Origin: an uncultured Armatimonadetes bacterium
GTDB taxonomy: Bacteria > Armatimonadota > Hebobacteria > Hebobacterales > Hebobacteraceae
Direction of reading: 5' to 3'
Length of the DNA: 64,000 nucleotides
Assembly: GCA_963716175.1 (NCBI GenBank)
Contig: OY970296.1
Coordinates: 576,001 to 640,000, forward strand
How positions within the stretch are numbered: position 1 is the first letter of the stretch; each line of letters starts with the position of its first letter. Shown here piece by piece: positions 1 to 10,236 of the stretch. The position numbers and the translations under genes were made by a program. Under the pieces are notes generated by a model, which was not told where the DNA came from, searched no databases, and saw nothing but the letters and a program-made list of their open reading frames with translations.

Positions 1-2
1 GG

Positions 3-3000
3 CTGTTCCGCCAGCGCGTTGACCTATCGGGCTTGCGCGGGCAACCCGGCATCTACCTGGTGGTGGCAAGCGCGGATGCGGTGGAGGAGAAGGACTGGGT
101 GATGGTGACTCGCCTGGGCATGGTCCTCAAGCGCTGGGGGGACCAGGCGCTGGCCTTCGTGGCGGATCTCAAGTCCGGGCAGCCGGTTCCGGGAGCGGCT
201 GTTCGGTTCTCCGTCGGGAACGGCAGGGCCGTCTCCACAGAGACCGACCAGGAGGGCATCTGCCAGGTTCGCCTCTCTCTCCGCACGGGGCAGGAGCAGT
301 CGCTGTTGGTACGGGCGGAGAAGGATGGCTCCCAGGCCTTCCTGCGCGCCGACATTTATGCGGGAGAGGAAGCGGGCCAGGAGCGCATCTACTCCTACAC
401 CGATCGGCCGGTCTATCGCCCCGGGCAAATGGTCGACTTCAAGGGCATCGCGCGCCGCTTCGCAGGCGCCAACTACTCCGTTCTCGCCGGAGAGGCGATG
501 CAGGTCCAGGTATGGGACCCGTGGGGGACGCTCGTCTACAAGGACAGCCTGAACACAGACCGATTTGGCTCCTTCCACGGCCAGCTCCATCTCAACGAGG
601 AAGCGGCGACAGGCCTGTATCGCCTGCTGACCGCCCTGGAGGGAAGACCTCACGAGTCCTACTTCAAAGTGGCGGAGTATCGCAAGCCCGAGTACACGGT
701 GACCGTCAAGACCGGAAAGAAGCGCTACCTCCGCGGCGAGACGATTCGGGTGGAGGCCTCGGCCCAATACTACTTCGGAGCACCGGTGGCCGGCGCGCAG
801 GTGCGTTACCTGGTGCGCCGATCCCCTTACTTCTTCTACCCTGCGGAGGACGAGGAATATGCGGCCGAGCAGGAGACGCCGGAGTATGAGGGCGAGGGAG
901 AGGGGTACGGGTACGGCGAGGTGGTGGAGGAAGGCAAGGCGGAGACCGATGGTGAGGGCCTTGCTCGATTCGCCATCAGCACCAAGCGCCCGGTAGCCCT
1001 GAGCCGGCGCGCGGAGGAAGGTGAGGAGGAGGCGCGCGACTACCAGTACACCGTAGACGTCACGGTCACCGACCCCAGCCGCAAGGAGGTGGGAGGCCAG
1101 GGCTCTGCCCTTGTCACCCAGGGTGAGTTCGCGCTTCTCGTGAGGCCCACGCGCAACATCGCCACCCCAGGCGAGCCCACCGAAGTGGAGATCCTGGCTC
1201 GCGACTACGATGGCCGACCGGTGCACGGGGTGCGGGTGGACCTGGCCGCGGGGATAGAGCTTTGGCAGGGCCGAGAATCGAAATTCGAGGAGGAAGCGCG
1301 CGGCTCGCTGGTGACCGACGAGAAGGGCAAGGGCCTGTTTCACTTCACCCCTCAGAGCCAGGGGTCGTACCGAATCCAGGCTCGGGCCTCGGATCGCCTG
1401 GGCAACCAACTGCGCGGCAGCAGCTACGTCTGGGCCTTTGGCGAGGAGTACTCCGACCTCGAGATGCCCTACCCGGAGCTTCAGATCGTCACCAGCAAAC
1501 CGGTCTACCGCCGGGGCGAGACTGCTGTCCTGCTGATCAACAGCAAGCTCAAGGGCGCCACCGCGCTGCTCACGGTGGAGGGACTCAGGATCTACGAGCA
1601 TCGCCTGGTCACCCTGAGAGGTAACTCCACCCGGGTGGAAGTGCCGGTGAAGCCCGAGTACGCACCCAACTTCTTCGTCGCTGTGGCGGTGATCCGGAAC
1701 GCTCGCTTCGCCGAGCAAGAGAAGCGCGTCAGGGTGTCGGTGGAGGAGCGCCAACTGCAGATCTCGGTGAAGCCGAACAAGGAGCGCTACACACCTGGCG
1801 AGCGGGCGGTCTACGGACTGCGAACCGCCGATTGGCAAGGCCGGCCGACACCTGCGGAGCTTTCGGTGGGCGTGGTGGACGAATCCATCTATGCCATCCA
1901 GGGGGAGATGGTCGAGCCCATGCTCCGCTTTTTCTACCCACCGCGGGAGAACTCGGTCTCTACCTCCTATTCGTTTGCCCAGATCTACCTGGACGCGAAC
2001 AAGGAGCCTGCGAGCGTAAAGGTGCGCAAGCGCTTCCCGGATACTGCCTACTGGAATCCCACCGTGATCACCGGCGCCGACGGCCGGGCCCAGGTTTCCT
2101 TCCTCATGCCCGACACTCTCACCACCTGGCGGGCCACTGTCCGCGGCGCCACCCTGGACACCGCAGTGGGCGAGGCCGTGGCCAAGGTCAAGTGCAGCAA
2201 GGACTTATTGGTCAGACTGGAGATGCCTCGCTTCCTCACCCAGAAGGACCGCGCCACCCTGTCGGCAGTGGCGCACAACTACACTCGCGTCAGCCAATCC
2301 CTCGACCTCCGACTCGAGGCGGAGGGGCTGCGGTTCCTCAGCGGGCCGAAGTCTCGAGAGCGAGTGAGCTTCCCGCTCGCGGCAGACGGAGTGAGGCGAC
2401 AAGATTGGCAAGTGGAAGCCCCAGGGCCGGAAGCGGTCGAGGTCACGGCCTACCTGCAGGCTGAGGGCGGGCTCTCGGATGCCATGGCGCTTCCGCTGCC
2501 AGTACGACCTCACGGTCGGGAGCGCGTGGAGTGGCGCAGCGGCGCGGTGTCCACCAGCGCCACCGAGCGCTTGCCGGTGAGGAAGGATGCAGTGGCCCGA
2601 GCGAGTGAGCTGGGGGTGCGCCTCTCGCCTTCCATCGCCTCCGTGGTGCTGGGCGCGCTGGACTATCTGGCTCACTATCCCTATGGCTGCACCGAGCAGA
2701 CCATGAGCGCGTTTCTCCCGGATGTGATGGTGGCGCGAGCACTGCGCGAACTCGGCCTCCCCAATGCCCGGCTCGAGCAGAAGCTGCCGGACATGGTGCA
2801 AGCCGGCCTCAACCGGCTCTATGGCTACCAACACGATGATGGCGGCTGGGGCTGGTGGCGCTACGACCAGTCGGAGCCCTGGATGACCGCCTACGTGGTT
2901 TTCGGCCTGATCATGGCCAAGCAGAACGGCTTTCCGGTGAACGAGGCCGCGCTCAGCCGCGGGGTGGACTGGCTCGCCAACTGGGTGAAGCGTCACCCCC

Positions 3001-4118
3001 CGGCCCCTATCCGAGAGCGCATCTACCCCCTGTATGTGCTGTCACTAGCGGGGCGAGGCCGCCCGGTGGACGAGCAGCTATCGGGCCTCTATCGCGCCCG
3101 CGGCTCGCTTGATGCGCACACGCTCGCGCTGCTCACCTCTGCGCTGCTGGCTCGGGGGCGAGAGGCGCCGGCGCGCGCCGCGGCCGCCCAGCTCTGGCGG
3201 CAAGGGCAAGAGACTCAGGCGCTGCTCTCCTGGAGAGGAGGAAACGACTGGGGGCGAGCCGACAACACCGAGACCACAGCCCTGGCCTTCCAGGCCCTCG
3301 CTGAGCTGTTCCCCGACGACCCCCGCCTGTTCAAGGTGGTCCGCTGGCTGGTGCTGAACCGGGAGGGCAACCACTGGGTCTCCACACGGGACACGGCGTT
3401 CATCGTCTACGCCCTCACCGATTTCCTCCAGCGCTCACAGGAGCTGAAGCCCGACTATGAGGCCGCGGTCGCCCTGAATGGAAAGCCCATCCTGACGCGG
3501 AGGTTCACTCAGACCGATCTCTTCTCCCCCGAGGTGGAGATCAAGGTGTCAGGCAGCTCCCTGCGGCAGGGCGACAACCTGCTCTCGATCGACAAGCAAG
3601 GAGCGGGGAACCTCTACTATACGCTGATGCTGCGGCAATTCGTGGGCCAGGAGGATATCACGAAGCTGATCACGGGCGCCGGGATCTCGGTAGACCGCCA
3701 GTACTATCGCATGGCCACTGAGCGCGGCCTCCGCGGCGGGGCGATCACGATCGCGCCCGCGCCTCGCCCCACCACCGACTTCCGGTCGGGCGAGGCCATC
3801 CTGGCGCGATTGACCATCACCAGCCCGCGCCAGTACGACTATGTGGTGGTGGAGGACCCCCTCCCGGCCGGCTGCGAGGCCGTGGAGCAGGGCGACCTCT
3901 TCCCTTGGGAATGGGACCGCTGGTATTCGGACATGGAGGTGCGCGACGAGAAGGTGGCTGTCTTCGCTCGCCGCCTGCCGGCCGGGAAGAGCACTATCGA
4001 GTATCACCTGCGCCCACAGATCCCGGGGCAGTACCACGTGATGCCGACTGAAGTCTACGCTATGTATAACCCGGAGCTGCGGGGCTCGGGAGCCGAGGCC
4101 CGGGTGAGCGTGCGTTGA
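3..4118 (+). CDS. Alpha-2-macroglobulin family protein (5'-partial)
   Basis: The frame is open from the window start. It has MG-domain motif YTDRPVYRPGQ, FPDTAYWNP and PDTLTTWR, thioester motif YPYGCTEQ, and C-terminal VVEDPLPAG...AMYNPE. Confidence 0.93.
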   Translation: MFRQRVDLSGLRGQPGIYLVVASADAVEEKDWVMVTRLGMVLKRWGDQALAFVADLKSGQPVPGAAVRFSVGNGRAVSTETDQEGICQVRLSLRTGQEQSLLVRAEKDGSQAFLRADIYAGEEAGQERIYSYTDRPVYRPGQMVDFKGIARRFAGANYSVLAGEAMQVQVWDPWGTLVYKDSLNTDRFGSFHGQLHLNEEAATGLYRLLTALEGRPHESYFKVAEYRKPEYTVTVKTGKKRYLRGETIRVEASAQYYFGAPVAGAQVRYLVRRSPYFFYPAEDEEYAAEQETPEYEGEGEGYGYGEVVEEGKAETDGEGLARFAISTKRPVALSRRAEEGEEEARDYQYTVDVTVTDPSRKEVGGQGSALVTQGEFALLVRPTRNIATPGEPTEVEILARDYDGRPVHGVRVDLAAGIELWQGRESKFEEEARGSLVTDEKGKGLFHFTPQSQGSYRIQARASDRLGNQLRGSSYVWAFGEEYSDLEMPYPELQIVTSKPVYRRGETAVLLINSKLKGATALLTVEGLRIYEHRLVTLRGNSTRVEVPVKPEYAPNFFVAVAVIRNARFAEQEKRVRVSVEERQLQISVKPNKERYTPGERAVYGLRTADWQGRPTPAELSVGVVDESIYAIQGEMVEPMLRFFYPPRENSVSTSYSFAQIYLDANKEPASVKVRKRFPDTAYWNPTVITGADGRAQVSFLMPDTLTTWRATVRGATLDTAVGEAVAKVKCSKDLLVRLEMPRFLTQKDRATLSAVAHNYTRVSQSLDLRLEAEGLRFLSGPKSRERVSFPLAADGVRRQDWQVEAPGPEAVEVTAYLQAEGGLSDAMALPLPVRPHGRERVEWRSGAVSTSATERLPVRKDAVARASELGVRLSPSIASVVLGALDYLAHYPYGCTEQTMSAFLPDVMVARALRELGLPNARLEQKLPDMVQAGLNRLYGYQHDDGGWGWWRYDQSEPWMTAYVVFGLIMAKQNGFPVNEAALSRGVDWLANWVKRHPPAPIRERIYPLYVLSLAGRGRPVDEQLSGLYRARGSLDAHTLALLTSALLARGREAPARAAAAQLWRQGQETQALLSWRGGNDWGRADNTETTALAFQALAELFPDDPRLFKVVRWLVLNREGNHWVSTRDTAFIVYALTDFLQRSQELKPDYEAAVALNGKPILTRRFTQTDLFSPEVEIKVSGSSLRQGDNLLSIDKQGAGNLYYTLMLRQFVGQEDITKLITGAGISVDRQYYRMATERGLRGGAITIAPAPRPTTDFRSGEAILARLTITSPRQYDYVVVEDPLPAGCEAVEQGDLFPWEWDRWYSDMEVRDEKVAVFARRLPAGKSTIEYHLRPQIPGQYHVMPTEVYAMYNPELRGSGAEARVSVR

Positions 4119-4128
4119 GGCCAGCGCG

Positions 4129-4881
4129 ATGACATCCCGGGCGACGCTAGCGCTGCTCGCGATCCCCATACTTGCGGGCGCGGCTCTCTTCGCCTGGCTA
4201 CTGCGACTTCCCACCGGAGAGCGCGAAATCGCTGCCTTCTCCACGGGCCTGCGGGGGCGGACCCAGTCCCAGGCACACAACGTGAGGCTCGCACTGGCCG
4301 CGCTGGATGGACTGGTAGTGCCGCCGGGAGAAGACTTCTCGTTCAACTCCGTGGTGGGGCCTTGGACCGCAGATCGGGGTTACCGCAAGGCCCCGGTGAG
4401 CTACTCGGGTGACATGACCCTGGACTGGGGAGGAGGGGTCTGCCAGGCCTCCACCACCGTCTACAACGCGGCGCTCCTCGCCGGCCTGCCGATTCTGGAA
4501 CGGCACCGGCACTACTGGCCCGCCAGCTATGTACCCCCCGGGCAGGATGCGGCCGTGGCTTACCCGAACCTGGACCTCCGATTCCGCAACTCGCTCCGCT
4601 CTCCCATTCGTATCTCCGCCCGCCTCGAGGGTGAGTCCCTGCTCATTCGCTTCTGCTCCCGCCAGCATCCACCCCGCGTGTCCCTGGACCGGAGGGTGCT
4701 CGCAGTCACCGCCCCGACGACAGTGGTCCGGTCACTGCCCCACGGCTTGGCGCGGGGCGTCATCCCGGGCCAAGCCGGATATGAGGTGGCCCTGTACCGC
4801 GTGTTCGCGGCCCACAGTAACCGCAGGGAGCTAGTCTCTTGCGACACCTATCCTCCCCAGAATCGCGTCATCCTGCGATAG
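4129..4881 (+). CDS. VanW family protein
   Basis: N-terminal TM; FSFNSVVGP, GGGVCQASTTVYNA, ERHRH and GQDAAV..PNLDLRFRN are VanW-domain motifs. Confidence 0.9.
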   Translation: MTSRATLALLAIPILAGAALFAWLLRLPTGEREIAAFSTGLRGRTQSQAHNVRLALAALDGLVVPPGEDFSFNSVVGPWTADRGYRKAPVSYSGDMTLDWGGGVCQASTTVYNAALLAGLPILERHRHYWPASYVPPGQDAAVAYPNLDLRFRNSLRSPIRISARLEGESLLIRFCSRQHPPRVSLDRRVLAVTAPTTVVRSLPHGLARGVIPGQAGYEVALYRVFAAHSNRRELVSCDTYPPQNRVILR

Positions 4882-4915
4882 CCCGGCTTTCCTCTGCCGC
4901 AAGCGGCAGCTGGAG

Positions 4916-6325
4916 ATGTTGGCAGTGAACGGGCAGCCCAGCTTCGCTGCCATCATGGTTGCTTTCTCTGCCGCGGCCCTGGGCGCCCTGTCGGCACGCT
5001 CGCACGCGGCGCCATCGGGCGCCGCCGGGGACATTAGTGTCTCCATAGACCCCGCGACCACAGTCGGCATCAGCCAGTTCGCCACTGGCGTCACCCACAC
5101 CCACAAGGATCTCGATCCCTGGCAGAACGCGGCAGCGGTGGCTTCGGCCAAGCTGCTCCTGCAAGCCTCCACCGTGTACCAGAACCAACACCTCATGGGC
5201 TGGGGCGCGGACAACCCGGAACCTGCGCCGGGCCGCTACAACTGGGAGAGCCTCGATCGCCGGCTGAAGCTGATCCGCGAGACTGGAGGGAAGCTGGTGA
5301 TCACTCTCTGCGGCGCGCCCGACTGGATGAAAGGCGGCCGCCCGGACGAGACCGACTGGAGCAAGCTGGAGGTGGCGCCACTCCCCGAGCACTATCAGGA
5401 TTTCGCCAACCTGGCGGCTGCGGTGGCGAGGCGATACCCCGATGTCGAGTACTTCCAGGTCTGGAACGAGCTGAAGGGGTTCTACCTCCCGCCGCCAGCG
5501 AACCGCTGGGATTACGAGGGCTACACCAGGCTCTACAACCTGGTCTACGATGCCATCAGGAAAGTGCGCGCACGGGCGAGGATCGGCGGACCCTATGTGG
5601 TCATGGATAGCTGGTCCGAGGCGGGCGACGGGAACCGCTCCTCGGCCGTCAGCGGCCCCTACGGCACCCTCGATCAGAGGGCGCTGGACGTGGTCACCTA
5701 CTGGCTGCGGCACAAGCGCGGCGCCGACTTCATCGCCGTAGATGGGGGGACCGACAACAAGGATAACGTCTGGATCACGGACGAGTTCACCGCAGGCCGT
5801 AAGTTCGCTGATGTCTCCGCCTGGATTCGCAGCCTGGATGACGCGCAGTACCCGGGCGCGAAGACACTGCCGATCTGGTGGGCGGAGTGGTATGCCAGCC
5901 CGTCAAGCGACTGGCGCGATCTCGACCACTGCAATGCGGTCATGGCCAGTGACCTGATCGCGACACTTGAGGGCGGCGCCGCCACCGCCCTGGTCTGGCA
6001 GCCGCAAGGAGACCAACAGGGATTCGCTCTCCCCGAGGGATTGTGGACGGACACCAGGGGCCAGGCAGGCGGAAAGCCTACCCCCTTCTACTACACTCAA
6101 AAGGGCCTCCACGACTACTTCGGTCCTGGGGTCGCGCTCTGCCGGGCGGCCAGCTCCTCTCCCCGGGTCGGGGTCCTCGCCTCCACGGCGAAGGCCATGC
6201 TGGTCAACAGGACAGGGCAGCCGCTGACCGCAGTCGTGAACGGCAGAACAGTGCCGCTGCGGCCCTACCAAGTCGTATTCGTGGACACCCCGGCGCCTCT
6301 CCCTGAACCTCCGCAGGAGCGGTGA
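4916..6325 (+). CDS. Secreted clan GH-A glycoside hydrolase (GH39-like)
   Basis: Signal-like N-terminus; GAPDWM, FQVWNE (acid/base) and IWWAEW (nucleophile). Confidence 0.75.
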   Translation: MLAVNGQPSFAAIMVAFSAAALGALSARSHAAPSGAAGDISVSIDPATTVGISQFATGVTHTHKDLDPWQNAAAVASAKLLLQASTVYQNQHLMGWGADNPEPAPGRYNWESLDRRLKLIRETGGKLVITLCGAPDWMKGGRPDETDWSKLEVAPLPEHYQDFANLAAAVARRYPDVEYFQVWNELKGFYLPPPANRWDYEGYTRLYNLVYDAIRKVRARARIGGPYVVMDSWSEAGDGNRSSAVSGPYGTLDQRALDVVTYWLRHKRGADFIAVDGGTDNKDNVWITDEFTAGRKFADVSAWIRSLDDAQYPGAKTLPIWWAEWYASPSSDWRDLDHCNAVMASDLIATLEGGAATALVWQPQGDQQGFALPEGLWTDTRGQAGGKPTPFYYTQKGLHDYFGPGVALCRAASSSPRVGVLASTAKAMLVNRTGQPLTAVVNGRTVPLRPYQVVFVDTPAPLPEPPQER

Positions 6326-6332
6326 GGACCAC

Positions 6333-6737
6333 TCACACGCGGCCCAGCAGTCGCGCGAGCAGACGCAGGTGCCCCTCTTCGTCGCCCCGCATTTCCGCCA
6401 AGGCCTTCCGCATCTCCGGGTCCTGGCACGCGGCCTCGGCGCGCCGGTAGATCTCGATGGCCTGCCTCTCTCCCTCCACATGCACCTGCAGGATCTCTCG
6501 CAGGCCCGAGCGCGCCCTGAGCTGAGGGAGATTGGCCTTGGGCTCCGCGCCGAGCTGGTAGATCATCTGCGCGGTCTTCTCGGCGTGCTCCAGCTCGATC
6601 TCTTGGATCAGCCTGAGCTGGCGCTTGGTCTCATCGTCCTCCACCCGAGCGATGTGCTGCGGCAGCAGGAAGAGAGCGCCGTATTCAGCACTGATCGCCT
6701 CATTCAACAGCCCGATCAGCTCCGCCGTTGCCTCCAC
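6333..6737 (-). CDS. Ferritin-like (bacterioferritin/rubrerythrin-type) four-helix protein
   Basis: LNEAISAE plus two ExxH motifs (ELEH, EEGH) and ERQAIEIY. Confidence 0.85.
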   Translation of the reverse strand: MEATAELIGLLNEAISAEYGALFLLPQHIARVEDDETKRQLRLIQEIELEHAEKTAQMIYQLGAEPKANLPQLRARSGLREILQVHVEGERQAIEIYRRAEAACQDPEMRKALAEMRGDEEGHLRLLARLLGRV

Positions 6738-6773
6738 CGGTCACCTCCGGTCTGCCATCACCCAACTGCCTGC

Positions 6774-6782
6774 ACTCTACCA
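6774..6782 (-). promoter_or_regulatory. Extended -10 element (TGgTAGAGT) upstream of the ferritin-like gene
   Basis: Minus strand reads TGG-TAGAGT about 37 nt upstream of the GTG start, with a GGAGGTG RBS between them. Confidence 0.45.
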
Positions 6783-6891
6783 CTTCTGCGCGGCGGGAGG
6801 GCCCTTCCTGCCGTTGTCTTCCTATCCAGACGAGGACATAGCGCCGGGGCAGAGAATCCAGAGCCCACCAAATAACGCGGGAAAGGCCATC

Positions 6892-7371
6892 ATGCGCAGA
6901 TACAGCCGGATCTTACTTCTGCTTCTGGGGTTGAGCCTGGCTATGTTGCTCTCAGGCTGCCCCGGCATGCCGGGAGTGCCGGGCGGCGCGGGCGGGGCCA
7001 GCGCTCAGAACGTCCCTCCAGGCCTGCAGCCTCCGCCGGGCCTGAAGAGTGGCGGCGTCCGTACCCTCATGGGGACCACCATCACGCCATCTGACGATTC
7101 CGTGCTGCTGGTCAGATATGCCTACGCCGGCCAGCCCTCTGCCGGCTGGCAGTCCTGCCGCCGGATCGTCGCACTCGACACCTATGTCAGCCTGGAGGGG
7201 CTTAACTTCGATGGGCGGGACAAGAGCGCGGAGAAGGATGTGAACCTCCTCCTGCCGTGGTCCGGGCTCGCCAGCTTCACCTGGAAGTACGAGCCCAAGC
7301 CCACGCCTCCGCCCCAGCCGAAGACTCCCGGCGCCAGGGCCCAGCCCGGGCCGACCAGGCGGGGCCGTTAG
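6892..7371 (+). CDS. Hypothetical lipoprotein
   Basis: MRRYSRILLLLLGLSLAMLLSG-C lipobox; Gly/Pro linker and Pro-rich tail. Start moved to ATG 6892. Confidence 0.75.
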   Translation: MRRYSRILLLLLGLSLAMLLSGCPGMPGVPGGAGGASAQNVPPGLQPPPGLKSGGVRTLMGTTITPSDDSVLLVRYAYAGQPSAGWQSCRRIVALDTYVSLEGLNFDGRDKSAEKDVNLLLPWSGLASFTWKYEPKPTPPPQPKTPGARAQPGPTRRGR

Positions 7372-8171
7372 GGCTCCTCGCGCTCTGGCGTGGAAGGCTG
7401 CTCCGGCGGCGGCGGACATGGGAGCGGCGGAGGGCTGTATACCCGCTCGGCCTCCTGCTCCACGACCGCGGCCGCGTCCTCCGAGCTGTAGCTGGACGTG
7501 GGGGTGTTGGGGCGGTGCCAGAGCTGGACCTTTCGCGCCTCGCCCTCACCTTTCAGGGTGAACTCGTAGCGATTGTTCACCAGCACCGTGGCGCAGGTCA
7601 GCCGCTCCCGGCTCATCTCCTCTCGCGCGGCCGGCTGATAGACATCGAAGATCTGAACTCGCACTCGCTGCGGGTCCTGAGCAGCAATCCCCCGCAGCAG
7701 CTCGGCCGTCTTCAGGTGGCACTCCGACTGGAGGGGCGCGAACATCTTCACCAGCACCCTGGCCTGCGGTGAGCCGAGATCGAGCGATGGGTGCTGACCC
7801 GGGTTCAGGAACTCTCCCCGACCGAGGTACACGACTTCTCCCTCCACCAAGCGCCCACCCGCGCCGCCCTCGGCTGACCCCAGAGCCACCTGAATCTGAT
7901 CTCCCAGACCCAGGCGCAGTCGTTCCGGCACCTGCTGCCGCTCCCATCTGATCGCGATCGCTTCTCCCGCCTGGGCTTTTGCTTCCTCGCCCTTCACCTG
8001 ATCCACCCGAAGCTCACACGAGTAGAGCGCCTTCTCCTCACCGCTCTGCGGCTCCGTAAGTGCGGTGATGGTCCCGACCACCGTCTGGGCGCCGGCCCCT
8101 GCCCAGCCTGATGCGGCAGCGCCCATCAGCCCTGCTGCCGCCCAGAGTATCATCCACCGTACCATTCGCAT
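7368..8171 (-). CDS. Exported hypothetical protein with a C-terminal thioredoxin-like domain
   Basis: Signal peptide; beta-rich N-domain; LGSPQARVLVKMFAPLQSECH resembles the start of a DsbA/Trx fold with one Cys. Confidence 0.6.
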   Translation of the reverse strand: MRMVRWMILWAAAGLMGAAASGWAGAGAQTVVGTITALTEPQSGEEKALYSCELRVDQVKGEEAKAQAGEAIAIRWERQQVPERLRLGLGDQIQVALGSAEGGAGGRLVEGEVVYLGRGEFLNPGQHPSLDLGSPQARVLVKMFAPLQSECHLKTAELLRGIAAQDPQRVRVQIFDVYQPAAREEMSRERLTCATVLVNNRYEFTLKGEGEARKVQLWHRPNTPTSSYSSEDAAAVVEQEAERVYSPPPLPCPPPPEQPSTPEREEP

Positions 8172-8235
8172 CTGCTTCCTCCAGCGAAGATGCTACCCGC
8201 GCCGGCACCGCCCGGACCGCGGACGCAGGGGCGCG

Positions 8236-9966
8236 CTACTCCGGCGCCGGCCGGCTCTCGCGCGCCGCCAACTGAGCCAGCAGGCCTCCTTCAGTCACCC
8301 AGCGCTTGATCCCATTCACAATGCCATACGCGGCCTGCTCCCGGAAATCGCTATCGGCGAGGCTCCGCTCGTCGGCAGTGTTGCTCAGATAGCCGACTTC
8401 CACCAGCACCGCTGGCACGGTAGTCCGGTAGAGCACGATGATCGGCCGAGGATGGTACTTGGCGCCTCCATCCGGGAGGCCTGCGGCCCGCACCACTTCC
8501 TCCTGCATCACCTGGGCGAAGGCGCGGCTGTCCTCTTTCCGATAGTAGGTCTCTGTGCCGCGCACGGATTGGGGATTAGTCTCCCGAGCATTGGCGTGGA
8601 TCGAGACGAAGAGATCGGCGCCGGCCTGGTTGGCGAGGGAGCATCGCGCCTCCAGTTCGGCCCGGTGCTCCTGCCGGTTGCCGCGGGTCCAGGGAATGCA
8701 GGCAGAGTCGTCACTCCGCGTCAACCGCACCTTCGCACCCATCGCCTCCAGTAGCCGAGAGACCCGCAGCGCGACATCGAGGTTGAAGTCCTTCTCCATC
8801 AGGCCTGAGCGACCGATCGCCCCGGTATCCGGCCCGCCATGCCCGGGGTCAACCACCAGGCACAGCTCATTCAGCTCGAACTGCCCCACCAGCACCCGTA
8901 GTTCTCCCCGCTCGCTGATCACGGTGTGTCCAGTGGGCGCGGTCAGCGCGATCGTCAGCCGTTGGCTTCCGGGGCTGGTCGGCGATGGCGCCACCGTTAC
9001 CCCCGAGACCACCTTGTCCTTCACCTCCAGTCTCCCCGCCGCGATCCGGTTCTCCGCATTCCGCACCTCCAACCAGACAGCCGGAGGCTCGGCACTGGCG
9101 CCGGAGGTGTAGACGGCCTTGCCAGAGGTAGACACAGTGACCGCGGCCAGCCGCGGCGACAGACGCCCGAAGGTCAGGCCTGACAGCACGACCGGCGGCG
9201 CCTCGGGCGGCACTTCTCTCTCACCAGGAAGGGGGAAGTCAACCTCCAGGGTCCGCCTCCCCTCGCCCAGGCGGATGCGATAGGACCTCCACTCCGCCAG
9301 CTCCACCACCACCCTCACCACGTCCCGCGCCTGCGCCGGAGCCAGGCTCTTCTGTCTGATCCTAGCTCTCTGGAGGTAACTCCCCTCTAGGGTCACCTCG
9401 GAGGGGATATCCGACAGGTCGGCGTCCAACAGGTCCAGGAAAAGCCGGGGCGTGCCCTCCTCCACCCGCCCGGACTGGTAGCTGATGGGGCCCTCGGTGG
9501 CCACGGTCAGGCGATAGCGATCCGGCAGCGTATCGAGGGAGAACTTCCGCACCCAGGGGTGGACGAAGAGGGTGCGTGATGGCTCATCCCAGCGCACCGC
9601 GCACCCCAGCAGCGAACCGACGGCCTTCGCCGGCAGCAGCACGCTGCCGTCCTTGACCCGAGGTGGACAGGGCAGCTCCCGCAATACGCCATCCCGGGTG
9701 GCTTCTGGCCGGGTGCGGGAGATGAGAATTTCCTGCTGGGCGCTGGTGGTGATCTTGATGGCATCCGGGCCGACCTCGCATCTCGCGCCGAGGGCGCCCA
9801 GCGCAGGCAGCAGTGGGGCCAGCACCTCATCCCCAGCGGTGACGAAGCGAGCGCGGGAGTCGAACCGGCGTCCTGCTGCCACGATGGCATCGGCCCACAC
9901 CCCCCGGGTGCACAGTGAGAGTAGAACGGCGATCGCCGTCACCCTGGCAGCAGCCCTCAACTTCAT
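8236..9966 (-). CDS. N-acetylmuramoyl-L-alanine amidase (Amidase_3) with N-terminal stalk/AMIN-like domains
   Basis: VVDPGHGGPD, EKDFNL, FVSIHAN and PAVLVEVGYLSN motifs. Signal peptide begins at ATG 9966. Confidence 0.92.
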   Translation of the reverse strand: MKLRAAARVTAIAVLLSLCTRGVWADAIVAAGRRFDSRARFVTAGDEVLAPLLPALGALGARCEVGPDAIKITTSAQQEILISRTRPEATRDGVLRELPCPPRVKDGSVLLPAKAVGSLLGCAVRWDEPSRTLFVHPWVRKFSLDTLPDRYRLTVATEGPISYQSGRVEEGTPRLFLDLLDADLSDIPSEVTLEGSYLQRARIRQKSLAPAQARDVVRVVVELAEWRSYRIRLGEGRRTLEVDFPLPGEREVPPEAPPVVLSGLTFGRLSPRLAAVTVSTSGKAVYTSGASAEPPAVWLEVRNAENRIAAGRLEVKDKVVSGVTVAPSPTSPGSQRLTIALTAPTGHTVISERGELRVLVGQFELNELCLVVDPGHGGPDTGAIGRSGLMEKDFNLDVALRVSRLLEAMGAKVRLTRSDDSACIPWTRGNRQEHRAELEARCSLANQAGADLFVSIHANARETNPQSVRGTETYYRKEDSRAFAQVMQEEVVRAAGLPDGGAKYHPRPIIVLYRTTVPAVLVEVGYLSNTADERSLADSDFREQAAYGIVNGIKRWVTEGGLLAQLAARESRPAPE

Positions 9967-9994
9967 CCCACTCTCCCGGCCGGTGCTGGCGGGC

Positions 9995-10003
9995 AGTATA
10001 GCA
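9995..10003 (-). promoter_or_regulatory. Extended -10 promoter (TGcTATACT) for the amidase gene
   Basis: Minus strand reads TGC-TATACT about 30 nt upstream of ATG 9966. Confidence 0.65.
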
Positions 10004-10236
10004 TGGCCGGCGGCAAGCAGGCAACGCGAGATCATCGCTTCCGCGGGTTGTCTCTCGCTACGCTCGCGACGAACCCACGCCACCAGGAAGCGCTCGATCT
10101 CCCGTGATCCGTGGGATCTTGCCGCCTGACATTACTTTTCTGGAGGAGAACCTCCCAAGCGGGCTCCGGAAGGACAGGACTTCGGCCTGTGAACTCGAAA
10201 TGCGGGGCACATGAAAGGCCCAACCAGGAGGGCGCC

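Noticed and set aside
24-1838. Long antisense or overlapping ORFs (also 10132-11709, 14484-15800, 30255-31709, 43642-45486, 49320-50618)
   Set aside because: These are shadow ORFs opposite well-supported genes, expected in high-GC DNA, and carry no family motifs.
4129-4881. Vancomycin resistance locus
   Set aside because: VanW domains are widespread, and no vanH/A/B/X/R/S genes are present.
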